A stretch of 64,000 bases of DNA, from positions 8,366-72,365 of the forward strand of contig JAKEFM010000315.1 of the NCBI GenBank assembly GCA_022616055.1, written 5' to 3'. Made by a program: the position numbers and the translations under genes. The notes below the pieces were generated by a model. The model was not told where the DNA came from and did not search any database. It saw only the letters and a list, made by a program, of their open reading frames with translations. Source of the DNA: Planctomycetota bacterium. Its GTDB lineage: Bacteria; Planctomycetota; UBA1135; JAKEFM01. Positions 35,361 through 43,825 of this stretch are shown piece by piece (position 1 is the stretch's first letter; each line of letters opens with the position of its first letter).

Positions 35361-37463
35361 TCACGCCGCGGCGTCGGGTGAGGAGAGGATCGGCGCGAGC
35401 GGGCGACGCGCGGCGGTCAGCCGAGCGGCGAGGTAGAGGAGGCCGATCAGGAGGAGGAGCGCCTGGTAGCCGGTCACCAGGGAGAGGTACTCGAGCACGC
35501 CGCCCGCGACCGCGCCGAGGAGGTTCGCGCCGTAGTCGCGGGCGAGGCCTCCCGACTTCTTGATCGCGGTCCCGAAGAGGAGCCCCGCGCAGAAGATCGG
35601 GGAGAGCCCGAGCCCCGCGTAGAAGCCCGACTCGAGGAAGCGGCTCCCGATCCGGACCGACCCGATCGGGAGGAGGGCGTTGAGACCGAGGAGGGAAAGG
35701 AGGACGACCGTCACGAGCCACGGGCGCCGGATCTCCACCTTCGAGACGACGAGGGTCGCGGCGAGGGCGAGGGCGAGGATCGAGGCGATGACGGCCGAGG
35801 CGACGACCCAGGTCGATCCCCAGAGGAGCCCGAACTGGACGATCGACTTCGTCTCGAGGAGGAGGAAGCCCGCCCCGAGGAAGAAGCACTCCCACGACCA
35901 GCGGCCGGGAGCGCGGCGCAGCACGCCGAGGACCGAGGCCCCCGCGGCGAGGAGGACGAAGGCGAGGACGACCGTGTAGTGGGCGGGGAGGTGGCGCCCC
36001 CTCATGTAAAGGAAGGGCCAGTCGTCGGTCGTGGGGGGGACGGAGGCGTCGCGCTCGTGGAGCCGGCCGGGGCTGCTCTCCCGCTCGTGGCCGTAGGCGA
36101 GCACCCGGTCGGGGATCGGGGGGAAGTCTGTCTTCGCCCGGAGGCGCGGGCCCGCCAGCATCATCGCGAGCCAGGAGCGGCGCTCGTGGACGTGGACGCG
36201 GGGCTCCTCGCCGAAGGCGGAGAAGGCCAGGTTCGCGAGGCGGTCGACGAGCCAGCGCTCGCGGAAGTAGTTGTAGAGGCAGAGGAGGCCGTCCGGCTTG
36301 AGGACGTCCCGCACGGCGCGGAACGCCTCCTCCGTGAAGAGGTAGGACTCGAGCCGGACGCTCGTGAAGGAGGACTGGACGGTCAGGGAGTCGACGAGGC
36401 CGAAGACGACGAGGTCGTAGCGGCGCTCCGTCGTCCGGAGGAAGTGGCGGGCGTCGTCGCAGATCGCCGTCACTCGCGGGTCGTCGTAGGGGCGCTCCGG
36501 GTGGAGCTCCTTCCCGAGGCGGAGGATCGCGGGGTCGATCTCGACCGCGTCGACCCGTTTCGCCCCGTGCTTCAACGCCGCCGTGACGTCGGTCCCGCTC
36601 CCCGCCCCGAGGATGAGGACGTCCTCGAAGGTGTCTCCGAAGGCGGCGTAGGGCCACTCGTAGAAGTACTCCTTCTTCCCGAGCGGGGCCATCGACTGGT
36701 GGAAGATCGCGTTCACCTCGAGGACCGTCTCGTCCGCCTCCTCGCGGACGGTGATCCGGGAGTAGGGGGACCAGATGCTGTCGGGGGCGAGCCTGCCGAC
36801 CAGGGGACCACAGGCGAAGAGCAGCGCCGCGTTGGCGAACCTCCGAGGGGTGACCGGCGGACGGAGGAGGAAGGGGGCGGCGAGGCAAGCGATCCCGAAG
36901 AACCAGACCGAGGCGGGAGCCTCCAGGAATGAACAGAGGGCGAACGCGGCGACGCCGGCCAGACTTCCGCCCACGTTCCAGAGGTAGGCCCGGAGCGAGG
37001 GGAGCCGGTTCATCTCCCGGCCCATCCCCTGGGCAAGGGCGGTGAAGAAGGCGGCGATCCCGACGAAGAGGATCGGGAGGAGGAGGCGCGTCTCGACGAC
37101 CAGACGGGACTCCGTGGTCCCACTCGAGAAGTAGATCTCCGTCGCGGTCGGGACCGCGACCTCGAGCCGCAGAGCCGCGACCGCGGCCAGGATCCCGAGG
37201 AGAAGGGTCGGGAAGAGGGGGAGGAGGTTCCGATTCGAGCGGGCGAGGAGGCAACCGAGCCCAATCCCGAGGAAGGAGGCGAGGAGGATCAGGTTCGAGA
37301 AGTAGGCGAGGAGCCGGACCTGGGAGGGGAGCCAGCGGATGAGCGCGATCTCGTAGAAGAGGACGAGGAAGGAGGCGAGGAAGACGCGGAGGGGGACGCT
37401 CCGCTCGATCAGCGGCGCGGGCCGTGCCGGGGCCGGCGTCAGGAGGGTCGCTTCGGGAGCCAT
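35361..37463 (-). CDS. membrane-embedded spermidine-synthase-like (aminopropyl/methyltransferase-fold) protein, TM domains at both ends
   Basis: Last 700 aa of ORF 35361..38513(-), starting at ATG 37463. It has about 7 N-terminal TM segments. The central SAM/dcSAM-type Rossmann region has VLILGAGSGTDV, AVEIDP, DDARHFL, DLVVFGLVDS. More C-terminal TM segments follow. Confidence 0.85.
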   Translation of the reverse strand: MAPEATLLTPAPARPAPLIERSVPLRVFLASFLVLFYEIALIRWLPSQVRLLAYFSNLILLASFLGIGLGCLLARSNRNLLPLFPTLLLGILAAVAALRLEVAVPTATEIYFSSGTTESRLVVETRLLLPILFVGIAAFFTALAQGMGREMNRLPSLRAYLWNVGGSLAGVAAFALCSFLEAPASVWFFGIACLAAPFLLRPPVTPRRFANAALLFACGPLVGRLAPDSIWSPYSRITVREEADETVLEVNAIFHQSMAPLGKKEYFYEWPYAAFGDTFEDVLILGAGSGTDVTAALKHGAKRVDAVEIDPAILRLGKELHPERPYDDPRVTAICDDARHFLRTTERRYDLVVFGLVDSLTVQSSFTSVRLESYLFTEEAFRAVRDVLKPDGLLCLYNYFRERWLVDRLANLAFSAFGEEPRVHVHERRSWLAMMLAGPRLRAKTDFPPIPDRVLAYGHERESSPGRLHERDASVPPTTDDWPFLYMRGRHLPAHYTVVLAFVLLAAGASVLGVLRRAPGRWSWECFFLGAGFLLLETKSIVQFGLLWGSTWVVASAVIASILALALAATLVVSKVEIRRPWLVTVVLLSLLGLNALLPIGSVRIGSRFLESGFYAGLGLSPIFCAGLLFGTAIKKSGGLARDYGANLLGAVAGGVLEYLSLVTGYQALLLLIGLLYLAARLTAARRPLAPILSSPDAAA

Positions 37464-38182
37464 AGGTCGAGGAGGATCCCCGCGGTGCCGAGGACGGAGA
37501 GGAGGTTGAAAAGGGTGCCGGAGACCAGGAGGACGCCGAGGAACGCCCCGGACCCGCGCGAGAGCCACCAGGAGGCGAGGTCGAGGAAGAGGGAGAGGCC
37601 GAGGAGGAGGGCCGCGCCGTGGACGAGGGGCCTCGGCCCGCGGGTCGCGAGGAGGAGGCCGCCGAGGAGGATCGAGAGGCCGCCGAGGGAGAGGGCGTGG
37701 GTGTGGGTCGAGGCGGCGAGGATCTTCGTGTCCACCGGGCGAACGTCGCGGGAGACCGCCGCGGCCTTCACGTCGTCCCAGAAGTCGAGGTTTGGGGGGC
37801 GGGAGGTCCCGGCCGTTCGGGAGTGGCAGGAGAGGCAGCGGCGGCCGAGGACCTCCGCCGGCGCCGCGTCGCCGCGCTCGGGGTCGTCGTAGTCCTCGGC
37901 GAGGCGCGAGCCGCGGAGCCAGTCGAGGAGGGCCTTCCGTTCGTTGGCCGCGAGGTCGTCCGGGTGGCCCCGCTCGAGCGCGACGAGGAGGGGGGCGCGC
38001 GTACGGATGCCGCGGTAGGCCCCGCGGAGGTCGTCGACCGAGAGGCCCGGGCGCTCGTCGCGGTTGGCGTGGTGGAACCTCAGGTGGACCCCCGAGGCGA
38101 CGAACCCGCCGAGGATCGCGAGGAGGGTGCAGGAGAGTCCGGCGCGGACGGGCGCCGGGAGGTCGCGGAGTCGCCCCTCCAC
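37439..38182 (-). CDS. membrane protein with one CxxCH heme-c motif in its extracytoplasmic loop
   Basis: 247-aa ORF (GTG 38182, AGGTGG about 8 nt upstream). It has one N-terminal TM, a soluble region of about 130 aa containing CLSCH (37823..37837), then three C-terminal TM segments. Its 3' end overlaps the next gene by 25 nt. Confidence 0.7.
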   Translation of the reverse strand: MEGRLRDLPAPVRAGLSCTLLAILGGFVASGVHLRFHHANRDERPGLSVDDLRGAYRGIRTRAPLLVALERGHPDDLAANERKALLDWLRGSRLAEDYDDPERGDAAPAEVLGRRCLSCHSRTAGTSRPPNLDFWDDVKAAAVSRDVRPVDTKILAASTHTHALSLGGLSILLGGLLLATRGPRPLVHGAALLLGLSLFLDLASWWLSRGSGAFLGVLLVSGTLFNLLSVLGTAGILLDLWLPKRPS

Positions 38183-38185
38183 CCG

Positions 38186-39424
38186 TCAGTCCACCTTGAG
38201 GACGCTCTCCGGGATCTCGACGGTCTCGCCCGTCGCGACCGCGCGGTGGGCGAGGATCCCGACCGCGGTCGCCCGGTACCCCTCCTCCGCCCCGCAGACG
38301 ACCGCCTCTCCCTGCGCGAGGCTCTTCAGGAACGACTCGATCGCGTAGTAGAGCGGGGGCTGCGGGAGCCCGACCCCCTCCTGGAGCTTCCCCTGGGCGG
38401 CGAGCTTCGTCGCGTCGGCGATGAGGGTGATCCCCTCCTCGTTCCCGAAGCGCTGGCGGTTCGCGTAGACCTCCCACCCCTGGGTGGGGGAGTCGGCCTC
38501 CTTGAACATCCACCCCGCGGTCCAGGCGAGCTTGATCGTCGCCTGGCTGCCGTGGAAGACCTCGTGGGTCCCCTCGAAGGAGTTGGCGAGGCTCGCCTCG
38601 TAGGAGAGGCGAGCCCCCTCCGGGAAGGCGAGGTCGAGGAGGACGGTGTCGGGGACCTTGCGGCCGTCGTTGTGGAGCCGGACGGCGCCGGCCCCACGGA
38701 CGGAGACGGGATAGCGGCCCGTGAACCAGTGGAAGACGTCGAACTGCTGGGTCCCCTGCTCCCCCTCGAGGCCGAGGGAGACCTCGGGGTCGAGCCTCCA
38801 GTTGAGCGCGGCCTCGCGCGCGGGCTCGGAGGCCGTGACCCGCCAGGTGGTCTTGCGGTGATGGTGGCCCCGCATCGAGGCGAGGTCGCGCCCCGCGGCC
38901 GAGCGGAAGAAGGACCAGGCGAGGCGGTAGATCGGGTTCGACCGCGCCTGGAGCCCGGCCTGGAAGATCGACTTCGAGCCCCGCGCCCCCTTCGCGATCG
39001 CGCGGGCGTCCTCGAGGGTCGAGGCGATCGGCGCCTCGCAGTAGACCGCGCGACCGGCGGCGAGGGAGTCCTCGACGATCGCCCGGTGGAGATGGGTCGG
39101 CGTCGCGACGAAGACCGCCTTGAGCCCCTTCGCCTTCTCGAGCATCGCCCGGTGGTCCGCGAACCCCTCGACTCCGGAGGCGCGGCGCGCCCCCGACTCG
39201 AGCCGCGAGGGGTCGACGTCGCAGAGGGCGCTCACCTTCGCCGCGTCGAACTTCTGGAGTTCCGTCAGGATCGCCCGCCCCTGGCGTCCGATCCCGATCA
39301 CCCCGACCTCGATCGGGTCGGCCCCCGCGAGGGGGGAGGCGCCGGAGAGGTCGGGGAAGAGGGAGATCGCGGCGAGCGCGCCGCCGGCGTCGAGGAGGAA
39401 CTCTCGGCGGGAGGGGCCGGTCAT
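38186..39424 (-). CDS. Gfo/Idh/MocA-family oxidoreductase with Tat signal
   Basis: Last 412 aa of ORF 38186..39832(-). ATG 39424 overlaps the ApbE stop (ATGA). It has the Tat signal SRREFLLDAGGALAAISLF, the Rossmann motif VGVIGIGRQG and the EAP variant of the EKP motif (VYCEAPIA). Confidence 0.85.
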   Translation of the reverse strand: MTGPSRREFLLDAGGALAAISLFPDLSGASPLAGADPIEVGVIGIGRQGRAILTELQKFDAAKVSALCDVDPSRLESGARRASGVEGFADHRAMLEKAKGLKAVFVATPTHLHRAIVEDSLAAGRAVYCEAPIASTLEDARAIAKGARGSKSIFQAGLQARSNPIYRLAWSFFRSAAGRDLASMRGHHHRKTTWRVTASEPAREAALNWRLDPEVSLGLEGEQGTQQFDVFHWFTGRYPVSVRGAGAVRLHNDGRKVPDTVLLDLAFPEGARLSYEASLANSFEGTHEVFHGSQATIKLAWTAGWMFKEADSPTQGWEVYANRQRFGNEEGITLIADATKLAAQGKLQEGVGLPQPPLYYAIESFLKSLAQGEAVVCGAEEGYRATAVGILAHRAVATGETVEIPESVLKVD

Positions 39425-40311
39425 CGGGCTTCGAAGATCCGGCGATCCGGCCCCTCGACCCGCCAGGTCCCCGCCTCGTCGAGGATCGCGCTCGTCAGGT
39501 CGTCGGGGGTCCGGGGCGGCCGCTCCCCGAGGACGAGGAGGGCGGTCGACCAGCCGTCCGCGAGCCGGGCCGACGGGGAGACCGCGGCCGCCGCTCGCGC
39601 CCGGACCTCTGGCCGCCGGCTCCGCGGGTCGAGGACGTGGCCGAGGCGCTCGCCGTCGCGGAGGAGCGTGCGGCCATGCGGCGCCGAGACGGAGAGCGCG
39701 CGGTCTCGCAGCTCGACGAAGAGGCGGGGCTCCGCCCCCTCCTCGCCTCGGATCCCGATTCGCCACCCCTCCCTCCCCGGGGGCGCTCCGATCGCCACCG
39801 CGCTGCTCGTCCCTCCGTGGAGGAGAGCGCACCGGATCCCCGCCTCGCGGAGCCGGGCCGCGGCGAGGTCGAGGGCGTGCCCCTTCCCGATCGCTCCGAG
39901 GTCGAGGGCGATGCCCCGCCGCAGGAAGCGGACCGTCCGGCTCCCCGCGTCGAGGTCGACCGCGTCCATGCCGACGGGCGCCATCGGGGGCGGGGGACCC
40001 GGGTGAAACCCGAGGGACCGCATGAGCGGGGCGACCGTCGGGTCGAAGGCTCCCTCCGAGTCGCGGTGGATCGCCCGGCAGGTCTCGAGGAGGTCGAAGG
40101 CCTCCTCGTCGAGCCGGACGGAGACGTCCCCCGCGCGGGCGTTGATGAGGGTGAGGAGGCTCCCGCGGCGGAACAGGCTCCAGCGGAGGTCCTCCTCCTC
40201 GATCGTCTCGAGCGCCTCCTCGCCGGCGGCGCGCAGGCGTCCCTCCTCCTCCCCCGCGAGCACGGCTTCGAAGCGCGTGCCCATCGCCGGCCTCGCCGCG
40301 AGCGCGATCAA
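39421..40311 (-). CDS. apbE: FAD:protein FMN transferase (ApbE family)
   Basis: C-terminal 296 aa of ORF 39421..42174(-). ApbE-like motifs are present: MGTRFEAVL, GAFDPTV, IALDLGAIGKGHALD, GGTSS, LSVSAPHG, HVLDPR. The start is TTG 40311 (2 nt after the upstream stop) or ATG 40284. Confidence 0.85.
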   Translation of the reverse strand: MIALAARPAMGTRFEAVLAGEEEGRLRAAGEEALETIEEEDLRWSLFRRGSLLTLINARAGDVSVRLDEEAFDLLETCRAIHRDSEGAFDPTVAPLMRSLGFHPGPPPPMAPVGMDAVDLDAGSRTVRFLRRGIALDLGAIGKGHALDLAAARLREAGIRCALLHGGTSSAVAIGAPPGREGWRIGIRGEEGAEPRLFVELRDRALSVSAPHGRTLLRDGERLGHVLDPRSRRPEVRARAAAAVSPSARLADGWSTALLVLGERPPRTPDDLTSAILDEAGTWRVEGPDRRIFEAR

Positions 40312-40313
40312 GG

Positions 40314-41621
40314 TCAGAGGAGCCGCGCCGAGAGCGTCTGCGGGTCGAAGGCGAGCGCGCGCCCCTCCCACATCGAGCGCGTGGCGAGGTCGACGATGAC
40401 CATGACCTTCGTCGCGAGCTCGACGCCGCTCGCGGCGGGCGTGCGCGTGCGGATGGCGCGGAACCAGTCGAGCCGGAGCCGGTCCTGGTCGTTGCCGATG
40501 TCGGGGCACTCGATCCGGTTCTCCTCGATCTCCTCCGCGAACAGGCGCTCGGGGCGCAGCACGCAGTGGTTCCCGCCGAGGTAGAGGTTCGCCTTGTGGC
40601 CGCGGATCATCGGCTCCAGGCCCTGCTCGTTCGCCGTCGAGCCGGCGACGACCATGGTGTGCTCCTTCTCGAACTCGATCGTCAGGTTCACCTGGTCGTG
40701 GTTCTCCATCGCCTTGTCGACGTAGTGGCCCCCCGCGGCGGTGACGCGCACGGGCCAGCCCATGTCGAGGGCCTGGATCATCGGGGTCATCACGTGGACG
40801 AGGAGGTCCCCGATGATCCCGGTCGAGTACTTCCGGTACCGCCGCCAGCGCGCGTAGATCGCGGGGTCCCACGGCGCCGGGCCGAGGGGCCCGCACCAGG
40901 CCTCCCAGTCGAGGTTCTCGCCGGGGGTCCACGCGGGGTCCATCTTGTAGTAGAGCCACTCCCCGTCCTTCGAGTTGCGGCAGTAGGAGGTCTGGCTCGA
41001 GACGGGCTTTCCGATCGCCCCCTCCGCGATCAGGCGGCGGGCCTCCCTCCACTTCGGGAACATCACCTGCTGGGTTCCGACCTGGAAGACCCGCTCGGGG
41101 TGGGCGTTCACCACCTCGCGCAGCCGCAGGGCGTCGGCGAGGTTCAGGGTCATCGGCTTCTCGACGTAGGCGTCCTTCCCCGCGAGGATCGCGTCGATCC
41201 CCATCTGGCCGTGCCAGTGCTCGGGGCTCGCGATCAGGACGCCGTGGAGGTCCTCGCGCTTGAGGAGTTCCCGGTAGTCGCGGTAGGTGTCGACCTCGAA
41301 ACCCTGCTTCTCGGCGCACTTTCCGCGGGCCTTCTCGAGGCGGGGGCGGCAGACGTCGGCGAGTCCTCTGATCTCGACCCTCTCGTGCCCTCCCGCGACG
41401 AGGGAGAGGATCGACTCGCAGTGGGCCGTCCCCATCCCGCCGGTCCCGATCACGCCGATGCGGATCGGGTCCTCGGGGGCGAGCATGCCGGCGACCGCGC
41501 CGAGCTCCTGGGTCCTCGGGAGGTGGCACGATCCGAGGACGGCGGCGGCGCTGGCGGCGGCGCCGCGGGCGAGGAACTCGCGGCGGGTGGAGGCGGACTG
41601 GAGGGAAGGGCTCGGTTCCAT
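40314..41621 (-). CDS. Gfo/Idh/MocA-family oxidoreductase with Tat signal
   Basis: Full ORF of 435 aa. It has the Tat signal STRREFLARGAAASAAAVLG, the Rossmann motif IGVIGTGGMG and the EKP motif (AYVEKPMT). Confidence 0.9.
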   Translation of the reverse strand: MEPSPSLQSASTRREFLARGAAASAAAVLGSCHLPRTQELGAVAGMLAPEDPIRIGVIGTGGMGTAHCESILSLVAGGHERVEIRGLADVCRPRLEKARGKCAEKQGFEVDTYRDYRELLKREDLHGVLIASPEHWHGQMGIDAILAGKDAYVEKPMTLNLADALRLREVVNAHPERVFQVGTQQVMFPKWREARRLIAEGAIGKPVSSQTSYCRNSKDGEWLYYKMDPAWTPGENLDWEAWCGPLGPAPWDPAIYARWRRYRKYSTGIIGDLLVHVMTPMIQALDMGWPVRVTAAGGHYVDKAMENHDQVNLTIEFEKEHTMVVAGSTANEQGLEPMIRGHKANLYLGGNHCVLRPERLFAEEIEENRIECPDIGNDQDRLRLDWFRAIRTRTPAASGVELATKVMVIVDLATRSMWEGRALAFDPQTLSARLL

Positions 41622-41770
41622 CGTGGCTTCCTCGTCCGGGGCGGGGATCGGCCGGACGATCCGCAGCGTAGCGGGGGGCGCGGCGGGGGGAAAGCGAGGG
41701 CCAACGGCGAGGCGTCTCGACCGTATGCGCCGCCGTCGCGTCCGCTCGTCCGAAGAAGGATGGAAGACCC

Positions 41771-43516
41771 ATGACCCCGACGGCGCCGCTTCTCGCGCTC
41801 CTGGCGTCGATCGGCTCGCAGGACTCCCGGGCCTCCGCCCTCGAGGTCCGGGAGACCGTTCGAGGGGATCTCGGGACGCAGGTCGACGACATCCTCTCGC
41901 GCCTCGACAGGCTCGGCTTCTGCGGCGTCGCCCTCGTCGCGAAGGGAGGGGAGATCCTCCTCGCGAAGGGGTACGGGTCGGCCGACCGGGAGCAGGGAAC
42001 GCCGGTCACCCTCGACACCGTCTTCTGCCTCGGCTCGGTGACGAAGCAGTTCACCGGGGCGGCGATCCTGAAGCTCGAGATGGAGGGGAGGCTCTCGGTC
42101 GCCGACCCGATCTCGAAGCACCTCCCCGGGGTCCCTCCCGACAAGGCGGGGATCACCCTCCACCACCTCCTCACGCACTCCGCGGGGCTCGCCTCCGACT
42201 TCGCGGGGGACTACGACCCGGTCGACAGGGAGGAGTACGTTCGCCGCGCTCTCGCCTCGGACCTCCTCTTCGCGCCGGGCACGAGATACGCCTACTCCAA
42301 CGCCGGCTACTCCCTCCTCGGCGCGATCGTCGAGCTGCGCTCTGGGAGGTCGTACGAGCGCTACGTCCGCGAGGCGCTCTTCGAGCCGGCCGGGATGAAC
42401 CGGACGGGCTACAAGATCCCGGCCTACCGCCCCGGGGAGATCGCGATCGGGTACCAGGGCGGCGAGCGGTGGGGGACGGTCCTCGAGCGGCCGATGGCCG
42501 AGGACGGTCCCTGGTGGGCGCTTCGCGCGAACGGGGGGGTCCACACGACGGTCGGGGACTTCTGGCGCTGGCATCGCGCCCTCCAGGGGAACTCGATCCT
42601 GCCGGAGGAGGCGCGCGAGAAGCTCTTCGCCCCGCACGTCGCCGAGGACCCGGAGGGCTCCTCCCACTACGGCTACGGATGGGTGGTCGTGCGCACGAGC
42701 GCCGGGAAGAGGGTCGTCACCCACTCCGGGGGGAACGGGATCTTCAGCGCCGACTTCCGCCACTTCGTCGACGACGACGTCGCGATCTTCCTCGCCTCCT
42801 CGGTCGCCGAGATGCCCGCGAACGCGCTCGCGCGCATCTGGCGGCCCATCTTCGGCGAGAAGCTCGAGGTGCCTCCCCGCGCCGTCGACCTCGACGGGCC
42901 GGCGATCGCGCGGCTCGCCGGGTCGTACCGGCTCCCTTCGGGCGGGACGGTCCGGGTGAGCGCGCGGGGGAACTCGCTCCTCCTCGAGGGCGCGGAGCCC
43001 GACGCGATGGCCGCTCTCCTCGGCGCGGAGGGACCCGACGGGAAGCACCGCGACCTCGTCGCCCGCGTCGAGGCGATCGTGCGCAGCGCCGCGTCGGGGG
43101 ACTTCGCGCCGCTCCACGCCGCGGTGCAGCCGGGCGTCCCCCTCGAGGAGTTCAGGAAAGAGAAGGCGGCGACCTGGTCGCGATGGCGGGAGGAGCTGGG
43201 GCCATTCCGATTGGTGAAGGCGTTCGCCCGTCCCGGCCGCGGCGACGTCGTGCGCTCCTTCGCCCGGCTCGACTTCGAGCGGGGCCAACGGTTCCTCGAC
43301 TACGAGTGGGAGGGGGAGGCCCTGACGGGCATCCGCATGCGCTCGGAGGCTCCGCGTCGCGAGATCTTCCCCGAGTCGCCCGCCTCGTTCTTCTCCTTCG
43401 AGGTCCCGCGGTGGGAGGCCTGGAAAGTCCGCTTCGAGTTCGACCCCTACGGCGCGCCGGCGCGTCTCGTCCTTCCTTCTGGCGCCGGGGAAGTCGTCGC
43501 CCTCCGGACGCCATGA
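41771..43516 (+). CDS. serine hydrolase, beta-lactamase/PBP-like (class C-type fold) with C-terminal extra domain
   Basis: Full ORF of 581 aa. It has the SxxK motif (GSVTKQF), a YSN-type motif (YAYSNAGYSLLG) and HSGG near the expected third motif. Confidence 0.85.
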   Translation: MTPTAPLLALLASIGSQDSRASALEVRETVRGDLGTQVDDILSRLDRLGFCGVALVAKGGEILLAKGYGSADREQGTPVTLDTVFCLGSVTKQFTGAAILKLEMEGRLSVADPISKHLPGVPPDKAGITLHHLLTHSAGLASDFAGDYDPVDREEYVRRALASDLLFAPGTRYAYSNAGYSLLGAIVELRSGRSYERYVREALFEPAGMNRTGYKIPAYRPGEIAIGYQGGERWGTVLERPMAEDGPWWALRANGGVHTTVGDFWRWHRALQGNSILPEEAREKLFAPHVAEDPEGSSHYGYGWVVVRTSAGKRVVTHSGGNGIFSADFRHFVDDDVAIFLASSVAEMPANALARIWRPIFGEKLEVPPRAVDLDGPAIARLAGSYRLPSGGTVRVSARGNSLLLEGAEPDAMAALLGAEGPDGKHRDLVARVEAIVRSAASGDFAPLHAAVQPGVPLEEFRKEKAATWSRWREELGPFRLVKAFARPGRGDVVRSFARLDFERGQRFLDYEWEGEALTGIRMRSEAPRREIFPESPASFFSFEVPRWEAWKVRFEFDPYGAPARLVLPSGAGEVVALRTP

Positions 43517-43825
43517 TCTGGGAGGGACCCATCGGGAGCCTTCCGGTCCTGGGTGACCGCCCCGGGCGCGCCATACCCCGAGGGGTGCCGGCCGCAGAAC
43601 CGGTCCCTCCTCCCGCCCTACAAGACTCCCGCCGAACCCGACGGGCCCGGAACTTGCATGGTGCCGTCCACGCGACCCCTCGCGGTTCGAGACTAGCCCC
43701 CCCTTCCCCTTGAGGCCGGGGGAGTCAGGGGGCCTCCGGCTCGGTCCCCGCCTGGCGTTCGCGTTCCCTGCCAGGAACATGCTCCCCCGTTCCGGGCCAG
43801 CCCGGTCCCCTTCGCGAGGTTGACC

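Noticed and set aside
43600-43700. tRNA-like GGTTCGAG string and a TGGC/TTGC-like pair (possible sigma54 promoter) in the 310-bp gap upstream of the FG-GAP gene
   Set aside because: No cloverleaf can be drawn, because the flanks of the T-loop-like string are not complementary. The spacing and orientation of the GG/GC elements do not fit TGGCAC-N5-TTGC.
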